A DNA stretch of 64,000 bases from an uncultured Verrucomicrobiaceae bacterium. GTDB taxonomy: Bacteria; Verrucomicrobiota; Verrucomicrobiia; Methylacidiphilales; CAYYVW01. The notes beneath the pieces were generated by a model that was not told where the DNA came from, searched no databases, and saw only the letters and a list, made by a program, of their open reading frames with translations. This document shows, piece after piece, positions 18,774 to 27,394 of the stretch (position 1 is its first letter; each line of letters starts with the position of its first letter). Location of the stretch: the NCBI GenBank assembly GCA_964473925.1, contig CAYYVW010000003.1, positions 3,179 through 67,178 on the forward strand, read 5' to 3'. A program made the position numbers and the translations under genes.

Positions 18774-19781
18774 ATGGTACCCATTTCTCAAGCTTGGACG
18801 GTTGCCAGCTACGTGCTGGGTCATAAGCTGCGTCGCAACAAGCGCTACCCGCTCGTGCTGATGCTCGAGCCGCTCTTCCGTTGCAACCTGGCGTGCGCCG
18901 GCTGTGGCAAGATTCAGTACCCGGAGCATATTCTCAACAAGCGCCTGAGCCCCGAGCAATGCTGGGCCGCGGCCGAAGAATGCGGAGCGCCGATGGTCAG
19001 CCTGCCGGGCGGTGAGCCGCTCATCCACCCCGAGATCGATAAGATTGTCGAAGGTCTGGTCGAGCGCAAAAAGTACATCTACCTCTGCACCAACGCGTTG
19101 TTACTCAAGCGCAAGCTCGACCTCTTCAAGCCGACCAAGTACCTGACGTTCTCGGTGCACATGGACGGCCTCAAAGAAGAGCACGACCACGCCGTCTGCC
19201 GCGACGGGACGTACGACACGGCCATCGAAGGGATTAAAGAGGCCGTCAAGCGCGGCTTCCGCGTCACTACCAACACGACGCTCTTCCACGGCGCCGACCC
19301 CGAGCGCGTCCGCCTCTTCTTCGACGAGATGATGAAGCTCGGCGTCGAAGGGATGATGCTCTCGCCCGGGTACAGCTACGATAAGGCGCCCGATCAGGCC
19401 AACTTTTTGGCGCGCGACAAGACCAAAGAGCTTTTCCGTCAAATTCTGCGCGAGAAGAAAAAGAGCTGGAAGTTCAACCTCTCGCCGCTGTTTCTCGACT
19501 TCCTGCAGGGCGATGTCGACTACGATTGCACGCCGTGGGGCAACCCCACTTACAACATCTTCGGCTGGCAAAAGCCATGCTACCTCTTGCAGGACGGCTA
19601 CGTCCCCACTTTCAAGCAGCTCATGGAAGAGACACAGTGGGAAAACTACGGCCAGAAGAGCGGCAACAAAAAATGCACCGACTGCATGGTCCACTGCGGC
19701 TACGAAGCGACGGCGGTCGACGATACCTTCGGCACCTGGAAGGGCTTCAGCCGCACCGTCCGCGCGACGCTGGCAGGATAA
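18774..19781 (+). CDS. hpnH: Radical SAM adenosyl-hopene transferase HpnH
   Basis: It has the CNLACAGCGKI radical-SAM cluster motif and shows full-length similarity by eye to HpnH (FGWQKPCYLL, CTDCMVHCGYE). Confidence 0.8.
   Translation: MVPISQAWTVASYVLGHKLRRNKRYPLVLMLEPLFRCNLACAGCGKIQYPEHILNKRLSPEQCWAAAEECGAPMVSLPGGEPLIHPEIDKIVEGLVERKKYIYLCTNALLLKRKLDLFKPTKYLTFSVHMDGLKEEHDHAVCRDGTYDTAIEGIKEAVKRGFRVTTNTTLFHGADPERVRLFFDEMMKLGVEGMMLSPGYSYDKAPDQANFLARDKTKELFRQILREKKKSWKFNLSPLFLDFLQGDVDYDCTPWGNPTYNIFGWQKPCYLLQDGYVPTFKQLMEETQWENYGQKSGNKKCTDCMVHCGYEATAVDDTFGTWKGFSRTVRATLAG
19731..19781 (+). repeat. Direct repeat copy 1: the functional 3' end of hpnH
   Basis: It matches 20831..20882 at about 43 of 52 aligned positions, including an uninterrupted 25-nt identical core (19745..19769 equals 20846..20870). 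Confidence 0.85.
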
Positions 19782-19812
19782 AAGCGCGTTCTGCGACCTA
19801 GAAAGCCGCTAG

Positions 19813-20823
19813 ATGAAAATTGGCCGGCTCTATCTTATTCTGAGCCTGCTCGCCACCGCGAGTGCCGCTGCCGCACCCAACACCCCCATCAAGATTGGGT
19901 ACAATCCCAATCTCTGGTTTTTCCACCCCACGCTCATTGCCGAGCGGGGACTCGATAAGGAAGAAGGGCTTGAGGTCATTCCCGTGCTCTACCCGAGCCC
20001 GCCGACCGCGGTCCAAGCATTTGCCGCCGGACAGGTGGATGTGATCTACACCAATATCGCCTCCCCGCTTCCGCTGTTTGAAAAAGGCGTCGCGGTTCGC
20101 GCCGTCGCTGCTACCGTGCACAACGGCATTTTCCTCATCGGCAAGCCGCCGCTGCTGGAGTTGGGCAAGAAGCTCGGGCCCGTCAAAGCGATTGAAGCAT
20201 TTGCGCGGCAGTACGGGCGCAAAGTAAAAATCTCGGCGCTCGCGAAGGGAACCCTTTCAGATCTAGTGACCACTTACTGGCTGACCAAATCGTTCCGCGA
20301 TTGGACCCAGTACGTCGAAAAAATCAACGTGGGGATGCAGGATCAATTCCAGCAATCCATCTTTAGTCCCGACATCGATGCCTCCAGCGTGTGGGCCGAA
20401 TTACTCGAAGTGAGCCGCCTCAAAGATCCCCGGCTGGGGCTTTTCGCGCGCCCGCAAGATCTGATGCCCGAGCAACCCGGCGGCATTTTGCTCGTGCGTG
20501 AATCCTGGGTGCGGGAGAAGCCGGAGCTTGTGCAAAAGCTCGTCAACATCCAGGTCCGCGCCAATGAGATCATCCACCGTGATCCGGCGCGCGCCGCACG
20601 CGGCTACCAAAAATACATCGGCCGCGGCTTGGTTGACCCGGCTGTCATCACGCGCGTGCTCGCGCAAACACCCGAGCAGTTTTTGGACGACCCTCGGCCG
20701 CTCATCAAGCCATCGCAAATCATCGCCGACTTCATGCTGCAGCTGGGCTACCTTAAAGAACCGCGGCGGCTCGAAGAAGTGATCGACGCCCGGTTTTATG
20801 AGCGTGCCGTCGCAAAAAAATAA
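19813..20823 (+). CDS. Periplasmic substrate-binding protein, NMT1/SsuA/TauA-like (NitT/TauT family); orphan with no adjacent permease or ATPase
   Basis: It has a signal peptide (MKIGRLYLILSLLATASAAAA) and a PIKIGYNPN start to the mature domain, typical of this SBP class. Confidence 0.6.
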   Translation: MKIGRLYLILSLLATASAAAAPNTPIKIGYNPNLWFFHPTLIAERGLDKEEGLEVIPVLYPSPPTAVQAFAAGQVDVIYTNIASPLPLFEKGVAVRAVAATVHNGIFLIGKPPLLELGKKLGPVKAIEAFARQYGRKVKISALAKGTLSDLVTTYWLTKSFRDWTQYVEKINVGMQDQFQQSIFSPDIDASSVWAELLEVSRLKDPRLGLFARPQDLMPEQPGGILLVRESWVREKPELVQKLVNIQVRANEIIHRDPARAARGYQKYIGRGLVDPAVITRVLAQTPEQFLDDPRPLIKPSQIIADFMLQLGYLKEPRRLEEVIDARFYERAVAKK

Positions 20824-20830
20824 GCGCGTG

Positions 20831-20882
20831 GGTTACCTGAAAGGACTTCAGCCGCACCGTCCGCGCGACGTTGGCGAGGTAG
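20831..20882 (+). repeat. Direct repeat copy 2: a decayed remnant of the hpnH 3' end
   Basis: In the homologous frame it reads T-stop-KDFSRTVRATLAR-stop, against TWKGFSRTVRATLAG-stop in hpnH. The TGG codon has changed to TGA. Confidence 0.8.
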
Positions 20883-20891
20883 GCGGCCGCT

Positions 20892-21719
20892 TTATCCGCG
20901 AACTCCTCCCTCTCTGGATCTGCCTGCTGTAAGACCACCGCTCTGAGTTGAGCCTGGTATTTCGATGGAAAGACGCGGCGTCGGTCCTACCAAAGGGAGC
21001 TCTCCCTTCAGCCACGGCTCCAGAACTTCGGACGCGGGCACGTGCACCGCCTGTACGGCGGTTCGGCCGGTTTTTTCAAGCCACGCTTTCACGATGGCAT
21101 AACCCAAACTATACCCGCCCCATCGCGGAAACTCTGGGTTACCTTCTTGCCCATAAAACAAGCGATTGGATATTTCCCGGTCTTCCACATCACATATCTT
21201 TGCCGCTTTTTCAGAAAGAGTGGAGAGTTGGTCCTGAGTCAGATTCTGCGAGTAGGGAGCAACAAAACCCGGAACGATTTCGCTCTCGAAACACTGCGCT
21301 AATCCTTCCGTGATTAAACGCTCTCCGATCGTCTTTCCGTAACCGGGATCCTTCCACCGGCAACCATGATGCAATTCATGCGCCGTTGTTGCGGAAAGGA
21401 GCGCTTGCCATTGAGGATCTTCCACTCGGGCATGCTCGGGCGCTATTCTGATCAAAACGTTATTCGCATTTGGCGTATACCCCACAATCGGCAGCTGCTC
21501 CGAACAAAAACGAGGGACGCGCTCAGGCTCAACCGCCAGCAGTATTTCTAACGGCCCCAGCAACTCTTCCGCCCGTCGAACACTGCGGTCAATAACATCC
21601 AGGATCACTCCCACCTGTTCCGTAGAAAGGGCGTTTTCCGGGTTTTGTAATTGGTAGTCAACGGCCATTGGAAACGGTCCCTTCATTCTTGTACTGTCGC
21701 AGCATTGCCTCTGTGTCAA
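20892..21719 (-). CDS. DUF2268-like predicted Zn-dependent protease
   Basis: HELHHG (an HExxH motif) lies in a context resembling the DUF2268 family. GC is lower than the surroundings. Confidence 0.5.
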   Translation of the reverse strand: MTQRQCCDSTRMKGPFPMAVDYQLQNPENALSTEQVGVILDVIDRSVRRAEELLGPLEILLAVEPERVPRFCSEQLPIVGYTPNANNVLIRIAPEHARVEDPQWQALLSATTAHELHHGCRWKDPGYGKTIGERLITEGLAQCFESEIVPGFVAPYSQNLTQDQLSTLSEKAAKICDVEDREISNRLFYGQEGNPEFPRWGGYSLGYAIVKAWLEKTGRTAVQAVHVPASEVLEPWLKGELPLVGPTPRLSIEIPGSTQSGGLTAGRSREGGVRG

Positions 21720-21774
21720 TGAGAGCGCAACGCTTCAAAAAGCGGCGCATAAGATTCAAGCGCTCAGGCCACTG

Positions 21775-22650
21775 CTAACTCCAACACACCGACTGCGCCG
21801 GGCGGTCGGGGTAGGTGTCGTGGATGCGGACGCGGGCGGAGGCGCCGTTGAGGCGGGCGGCGACGGCGGCACGGGCCAGGTCGGGGCTGTTGCAATCGGC
21901 GCTTAAATGACCGAGGAAAAGTTCTTCAAGCGGGAAGACGCCGTCGCGGCTTTGCACTGGACTTGAAGCGAGATCGGATCCCTCTTGCCCTTCACCCGAT
22001 TCTTCGCTGCACTCAGAATGACAAGGGCCCGACCCCGTCAGCTGTGCCGCGACGTCCGCCGCTGCCGCGTTGGAAAGATGTCCGTGCCGCGAGAGAATCC
22101 GCTGCTTGATGGACCACGGGCGGCGCGTGTCGGCTTGGAGCAGCGCCGGGTCGTGGTTCGCCTCGAGCACAAGCGCCCGGGCCGTCCGCGCGCGGTCGAG
22201 CACCAGCCGCGTCGCGTAGCCCAGGTCCGTCACAAAGCCGACGTTGCCCAGCGCGTGCCGCACGAGCAAGCCGACTGGGTCGTACGCGTCGTGCGGGATG
22301 GAGAATGTATCCACCTTCACGTCGCCGATCGCGATCGAGGCGCCGGTCTGGAAAATCTGCCAACCGTTAAAACCCGGCATCTCATCGCGGAGGGCTTCGG
22401 CCGTCAGGTGGTTGGCATGGATCGGGATGCCGTGCCGCTTGGCCAGAACGGGCAGCCCGCAGACATGGTCATGGTGCTCGTGCGTGATGACGATGCCGTC
22501 GAGCTCGCCCAGCGACACCCCGAGCGGCTCCATCCGCAGGGCGATCTGCTTGGCCGAGAGGCCCGCATCGACCAGGATCCGCGCGCCATTGGTCTCGACG
22601 AGCGCGCAATTGCCCGAGGAGCCACTGGCCAAAATCGTAAACCTGAGCAT
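21775..22650 (-). CDS. MBL-fold metallo-hydrolase (YycJ/PhnP-like) carrying an in-frame repeat-derived insertion
   Basis: From MLRFTILASGSSGNCALVE; THEHHDHVCGL metal motif. The C-terminal region contains the extra segment PCHSECSEESGEGQEGSDLASSPVQSRDG. Confidence 0.8.
   Translation of the reverse strand: MLRFTILASGSSGNCALVETNGARILVDAGLSAKQIALRMEPLGVSLGELDGIVITHEHHDHVCGLPVLAKRHGIPIHANHLTAEALRDEMPGFNGWQIFQTGASIAIGDVKVDTFSIPHDAYDPVGLLVRHALGNVGFVTDLGYATRLVLDRARTARALVLEANHDPALLQADTRRPWSIKQRILSRHGHLSNAAAADVAAQLTGSGPCHSECSEESGEGQEGSDLASSPVQSRDGVFPLEELFLGHLSADCNSPDLARAAVAARLNGASARVRIHDTYPDRPAQSVCWS
21965..22026 (-). repeat. Short palindromic-repeat family member (GTCATTCTGAGTGCAGCGAAGAATC type) inside the MBL-hydrolase gene
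   Basis: The coding strand reads cccttGTCATTCTGAGTGCAGCGAAGAATCGGGtgaagg. It is related to the elements at 28269..28371 and 45482..45494. Confidence 0.6.
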
Positions 22651-22993
22651 GTTCCCTGTTTGGATACACGGCCGCCATTGCCAGCGCGATACTTTTGTAG
22701 GTTGACGCTCTCCGCCCACTGTCATACTACACAAGCGAAGGTGTTCTATGCGTCTTGCAACAATCGTTGAAAAAATGAGGCCAATCCTCACTCAAATGGC
22801 AGTTTTATTCGCAGGAGCCAGCCTCTATGACCCAAAAGAGATGCCCGCGGGCGGCTTTCCCGAGGTTGTTCGGCAAGCTTTGGAGCGGGATCGCGCCCGT
22901 CCAGAGCTTTAATTTGCAGGTTTTGCATTTTCTGAGTTGACGTTTCGAAGCAGGCGCGACAGTAAGAAGATAACTTTCACCCCGGGAGATAAA

Positions 22994-23140
22994 ATGTCCG
23001 AAAAAACTGGATCCGCATCTGAATCTTCATCCTCTACTCCGCGTACTACTAGTATATGCACCTGCACCGGAGGAATTCGTGATCCAGAATGTCCCGCAGC
23101 TCTTCAGTTAAAAGCCCTGGGATGGCATAGGGCCTTGTAA
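22994..23140 (+). CDS. Candidate small ORF (48 aa), Ser/Thr-rich with 3 Cys
   Basis: MSEKTGSASESSSSTPRTTSICTCTGGIRDPECPAALQLKALGWHRAL. A GGGAG sits 5 nt before the ATG. It lies in a lower-GC intergenic stretch 57 nt upstream of a glycosyltransferase-like gene. Confidence 0.25.
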   Translation: MSEKTGSASESSSSTPRTTSICTCTGGIRDPECPAALQLKALGWHRAL

Positions 23141-23197
23141 AGACAAAGTGCCTGGCGCGTTGCCTCCACGGCTGAGATAAAGTAATCTCGGCACTTC

Positions 23198-24355
23198 ATG
23201 CGCATCATCATCACCGGGCTCCTGGGCCAGTACGCCTTTGGCGGGGTGATCTGGGATTACATCCAATACCTCATCGGCTTCCGCGACCTGGGCCATGAGG
23301 TCTGGTACCTGGAGGACAGTGGCGCGTGGCCGTACGATCCGGTCAATAAGACGATCTCGGCCGATTGCTCCTACAACGTCGCGTACCTGGGCCGCGTGAT
23401 GGCCGAGTTCGGCTTCGACGGCCGGTGGATTTACCGCAACGGCGCCGACGGCGTCTTCCATGGCGCAGGCGAAGCGAAGGCGCGCGAGCTGGTGAAGGGA
23501 GCGGACCTCCTCCTGAACGTCTCGAGCGCTGGGTGGCTGAAGGACTACGACATTGGCGTCCGCCACCAGATGTTCATCGACGGCGACCCGATGTTCTGCC
23601 AGATCGGCTTGAACGATCCGGCGCAGGCCGACTACAGCGCCCGCGTCCGCGCGCACGATAGCCACTTCACCTTCGGTCTGAACGTCGGCGCGCCCGATTG
23701 CCTCGCACCCGAGACGGGCATCGCGTGGAAAAAGACGGTGCAGCCGATCGCGCTGCAACACTGGCCGCGCGCGAGCGAAGCGCCGAAAGATCAAATGACC
23801 ACCGTCATGAACTGGGCCAGCTACGCGCCGAAGGAGTGGGAGGGGAAGCCCTACGGCCAGAAAGATCTCGAGTTTGAAAAATTCGCCACGCTGCCACAGC
23901 GGACGGGGCAGAAGCTGGTGATGGCGATGGGAGTTGGCGTCGGCGGGCAGCGGCCGACCGAGCGCCTGCGCGAGCTTGGCTGGAATATCGTCGAAACGGA
24001 AGAAGCGGTGCCCGATCATCACGCCTACCAAAAATTCCTGCGCGACTCGAAGGCCGAGTGGAGCGTCGCCAAACACGGCTATGTCGCCGGGCGCACCGGT
24101 TGGTTCTCGGGACGGACCGCTTGCTACCTCGCGCTCGGCCGGCCCGCGATCGTGCAGGAAACCGGCTGGACCAAATATCTACCGCACGGGGAAGGACTGC
24201 TCGCCTTCTCAACGCTGGAAGAAGCCGTCACCGCGATCGATGCCGTCAATTCCGACTACGCGCTCCACAGCGCCGCCGCCCGCGCAATCGCCGAGGAATA
24301 TTTTGACGCGAAAAAAGTGTGCGCCGATCTCCTCGTGCAGGCGGGGATCACCTAG
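23198..24355 (+). CDS. CgeB-like / glycosyltransferase-family-1-like protein (Glyco_trans_1_2-type C-terminus)
   Basis: 385 aa. The C-terminal block GRTGWFSGRTACYLALGRPAIVQETGW...LAFSTLEEAVTAIDAV resembles CgeB-family proteins. Confidence 0.5.
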   Translation: MRIIITGLLGQYAFGGVIWDYIQYLIGFRDLGHEVWYLEDSGAWPYDPVNKTISADCSYNVAYLGRVMAEFGFDGRWIYRNGADGVFHGAGEAKARELVKGADLLLNVSSAGWLKDYDIGVRHQMFIDGDPMFCQIGLNDPAQADYSARVRAHDSHFTFGLNVGAPDCLAPETGIAWKKTVQPIALQHWPRASEAPKDQMTTVMNWASYAPKEWEGKPYGQKDLEFEKFATLPQRTGQKLVMAMGVGVGGQRPTERLRELGWNIVETEEAVPDHHAYQKFLRDSKAEWSVAKHGYVAGRTGWFSGRTACYLALGRPAIVQETGWTKYLPHGEGLLAFSTLEEAVTAIDAVNSDYALHSAAARAIAEEYFDAKKVCADLLVQAGIT

Positions 24356-25455
24356 TCGACAAGATAAGCGCGGTAAAGCACCTCGAGCTTCTCTCCCATC
24401 CGGTCGCAGCTGTGATGCTCGCGCGCGTAAAGCGCCGCCGCGTGCCCGAGCCGGTCACGGAGTGCTTTGTCGCCGAGCAATCGCATGAGCGCTTCAGCAA
24501 GCGCGTCCGGGTCTTTCGGCGGGACGAGCAGGCCGGTCTTTTGGTCCTCGATAATCTCGGGGATGCCGCCGACACGCGAGGCGGCGATCGCTTTGCCGCT
24601 CGCTTGCGCTTGAAGCAAAATCTGCGGGATCCCCTCGTGCGCGGTCGAGGGCAGAACGACGACGTCGAGCGCCGCGAGCACATTAGGGACGTCCTCCCGA
24701 TGCCCGAGGAAGCGGATCTTGTCGGCGAGGCCCAGCTCGCGGACTTGGTCCGGGTACCACTGCATGCACGGCCCGTCGCCGACGATGAGAAACTGCGCGT
24801 TTGGAATTTTCTCCAACACTTTTTGCGCGGCGGTAAAGAGGATTGGATGCCCTTTCCAACTGCGGATAACCGAAACCATCCCGACGAGCGGGACGTCGAG
24901 CGCGATCCCGAGCTCTGCGCGCAACGCACTTGTAACTTCAGGATTAAATTTTTGCAGATCAATCCCCGTCGGAATGCACTGCACGCGCGCGGGGTCCAGC
25001 TGCAGATCGCGGATGAGGCCTTGCGAAATCCGCTCGCTGGTCGTCACGACCGCGTCGGCCCACGCGTCGTTGATAAGCGCGCTCTGCCACCGGTGCGGAT
25101 AGGCGACCTCGATGTGCCGCGAGCGAATCACCAGCGGCGTGCGCGCGAAACGGCCCGCCAGTCCGCCGATCCACGCGTCGCGCGAGCTGTGCGTGTTGAG
25201 CACATCGATGCGATTGGCGCGCAGCCAGGATGCGAAGCGGAATACTTCGCTCGGCAATTTCCACCGGCGCGTGTCGAGCGGTTCGACGGGAATGCCGGCG
25301 GCCGCCGCACGCTCAAAAATTTTCGCGTGCGGCGGCGCCGAGAGCCAGACGGCGTGCCCCTGCGCGCGCATCCACTGCAGCTCGGCCAGGACGCGCAGCT
25401 CCTGCCCGCCCAATCCCTCGGACGCTTCGGTGTGGACAATGCGCCAGGGCTGCAT
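24352..25455 (-). CDS. Glycosyltransferase family 4 (GT-B fold)
   Basis: The N-terminal GGQELRVLAEL and C-terminal EGIPQILLQAQASGKAIAASRVGGIPEII blocks are GT4 EX7E-type signatures. Confidence 0.8.
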   Translation of the reverse strand: MQPWRIVHTEASEGLGGQELRVLAELQWMRAQGHAVWLSAPPHAKIFERAAAAGIPVEPLDTRRWKLPSEVFRFASWLRANRIDVLNTHSSRDAWIGGLAGRFARTPLVIRSRHIEVAYPHRWQSALINDAWADAVVTTSERISQGLIRDLQLDPARVQCIPTGIDLQKFNPEVTSALRAELGIALDVPLVGMVSVIRSWKGHPILFTAAQKVLEKIPNAQFLIVGDGPCMQWYPDQVRELGLADKIRFLGHREDVPNVLAALDVVVLPSTAHEGIPQILLQAQASGKAIAASRVGGIPEIIEDQKTGLLVPPKDPDALAEALMRLLGDKALRDRLGHAAALYAREHHSCDRMGEKLEVLYRAYLVD

Positions 25456-25499
25456 ACTCGCGTACGCTTTACAACGCAGAGGCTATCGGAGCAATGGAT

Positions 25500-26057
25500 T
25501 TAATCCATGGCTCTAGCTCTTGTGCGACGCCGTGGGTGCGGCACCTCGCTATGGGACGGAACTTCCACCGAACTATCGAATACCAACAAGTAATCAAGCC
25601 CGCCGCACCCGACCGCCGTTTGGAGGAGACTTCCACCGCGGACTCCGTGCTTCGGCGGCACCACGTCAGCCCCTACCCGATCAGGAGCCGCTGCCGCAAG
25701 AAGTCCCAAGTAAACGCCTAAAAATGCCCGGTTCGCGCGATGCACCGGATGCTCCCCCCGACATGCTTCAAAAGTTTGGGCCATCCGCCCCGTCGTAACG
25801 CGCATCCACTCTGCTGGAACGTGCGGAAGAGTCCGCACCAGTGCCTCCTGTACTTTCCCAAAAAGACCCGCCGCGTCATTTGCTGTGTCACCCAACAGCC
25901 TTCTTCCTTCTTCCAGGTGAAGCAATAACCCGGCTTGCAATAGGGCAATCATCTCGTTCCCAGCTTCATGCGCATCTGCATCCGGGTTTTCCTGTCCGCC
26001 CGCAACCGCTGTGATGCGCATCCAAAATTGAGGATCGCGAAAATTCTTGGCGTACAT
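25500..26057 (-). CDS. Hypothetical protein (lower-GC orphan)
   Basis: A 185-aa ORF with no recognised motif. Confidence 0.35.
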   Translation of the reverse strand: MYAKNFRDPQFWMRITAVAGGQENPDADAHEAGNEMIALLQAGLLLHLEEGRRLLGDTANDAAGLFGKVQEALVRTLPHVPAEWMRVTTGRMAQTFEACRGEHPVHRANRAFLGVYLGLLAAAAPDRVGADVVPPKHGVRGGSLLQTAVGCGGLDYLLVFDSSVEVPSHSEVPHPRRRTRARAMD

Positions 26058-26116
26058 GAAAATTATCTCTCTCTCTTAATTTGGCTGACCTTATTTACCG
26101 CACCGCTTTGGAAGCG

Positions 26117-26785
26117 TCAGTCTGGCTTAGTGGCTCCTTCCAAAAACTCCCGCACCTGATCCAACGACGGCAGCACCTCCTTTGCAAGCGAGCGCATCTC
26201 GTCGGTCGCCGGGAGGAGGTCCGGCACCATGATGACCTGCATCCCGGCCGCGTGTGCGGAACGGACTCCAGCGTGCGAGTCTTCAATCGCGATGCAGTGC
26301 GCGGGCTCGACCTGCAGCCGTCGCGCCGTTTCCAAATACACGTCTGGCGCGGGTTTGCCCTGCGGCACCTCGTGGCCGGAGACAATCGCATCAAAATACG
26401 GCAAGAGGCCCACAAGCTCCAAGCGTCCCAGAATCCGCTCCCGCAGCGTGGATGAAGCCAGGCCCCGCGGGATGCCGCGATTTTTGAGCCAGTCCAGCGT
26501 TTCAGCCGCGCCGGCTTTCAGCGGCACCGGCGCCTCATCCACCAGCGGCCGGCCGACGCTTTGCCATTCGGCGAGAAAGCGGTCCATATCCACTTCCGGG
26601 CCAAACGCTTCCGCTAGCACTTCCCGGTCGCGGTTCGCGGTGACGCCGATCATCCCGTGATAAAGCTCCGGCTTCACGGACAACCCCCATCGTGTGCAGG
26701 TCTCCAACAATGTTCGCTCCCAAATGGATTCGCTGTCGATCAGCACCCCATCCATGTCAAAGATGACGGCGCGCACGGGGGACAT
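26117..26785 (-). CDS. HAD-superfamily hydrolase (beta-phosphoglucomutase-like subfamily IA)
   Basis: VIFDMDGVLIDSE motif I and IAIEDSHAGVRSAHAAGM motif IV. Confidence 0.8.
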   Translation of the reverse strand: MSPVRAVIFDMDGVLIDSESIWERTLLETCTRWGLSVKPELYHGMIGVTANRDREVLAEAFGPEVDMDRFLAEWQSVGRPLVDEAPVPLKAGAAETLDWLKNRGIPRGLASSTLRERILGRLELVGLLPYFDAIVSGHEVPQGKPAPDVYLETARRLQVEPAHCIAIEDSHAGVRSAHAAGMQVIMVPDLLPATDEMRSLAKEVLPSLDQVREFLEGATKPD

Positions 26786-26854
26786 AGCGCCCGAAGAGTA
26801 CCACCGCGCTGCACTGCGCGTCGATTTTAGAGAGTCGGCAAAAAGAAAATGCCG

Positions 26855-27322
26855 CTACGCTTCCAGCGGAAGCTCCATCTTGAAAACCGGAATGCGCGCC
26901 AGGACCGCCTCACCCATCTCGGACAGGCCCAAGTAAGCGCCCTCGGCGGTGCTGTCGTCGTGCACTAAGTGATAGCTGTTGTAACGGAAAGAAGCGCCCG
27001 GCGCCAGATGCGGGTACTCACCCACAACGCCATCGCCTTCCACCACCAGCGTTGTTCCGTCCTCCGAGCGCACTACCCACTTGCGGCCTTTGATCGTCAC
27101 CGCGCGGTCGCTGTCGTTGTGGATCGTAATATAATACACAAAGCCAAACGGCCGGTCCGACGTCGTCTGCACGTGCGGGTTGTAGCTGACACGATCGAGA
27201 CTCACCCACAGCCCGGGCAGTTCCTGCACGGAGGCCGGTTGCTCGAAAGAAAAAGAGCTAGGGCCGTCGGAATGCGGAACGCCATCAAAAATCACCACTC
27301 TTGTATACCTGGGTCTTTTCAA
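26855..27322 (-). CDS. apaG: ApaG-domain protein (DUF525)
   Basis: FVYYITIHNDSDRAVTIKGRKWVV...GDGVVGEYPHLAPGASFRYNS matches the ApaG pattern. Confidence 0.75.
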   Translation of the reverse strand: MKRPRYTRVVIFDGVPHSDGPSSFSFEQPASVQELPGLWVSLDRVSYNPHVQTTSDRPFGFVYYITIHNDSDRAVTIKGRKWVVRSEDGTTLVVEGDGVVGEYPHLAPGASFRYNSYHLVHDDSTAEGAYLGLSEMGEAVLARIPVFKMELPLEA

Positions 27323-27394
27323 AAAATCAAACGGCTTGCCCGGCCTTCAAAATCCCGGCAGGTTCGCCCTCGCCTACACCCGGTTTTGGATTTT

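Noticed and set aside
19782-19812. Similarity between the sequence after the hpnH stop (TAAAAGCGCGTTCTGCGACCTAGAAAG) and after the SBP stop (TAAGCGCGTGGGTTACCTGAAAGG), as a second repeat or attC-like site
   Set aside because: Most of the second match (ACCTGAAAGG) is explained by the upstream extension of the hpnH-end duplication. The remaining shared AAGCGCGT 8-mer is too short to interpret.
23108-25503. ORFs 23108..24076 (-) and 24319..25503 (+), overlapping the two glycosyltransferase genes
   Set aside because: Their Arg-rich, non-protein-like composition marks them as shadow ORFs; the opposite strands encode recognisable GT domains.
27323-27394. A possible TPP riboswitch upstream of thiD
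   Set aside because: The 72-nt leader lacks the conserved CTGAGA / ACCTGATCTGGATAATGCCAGCG-type thi-box elements and is too short.
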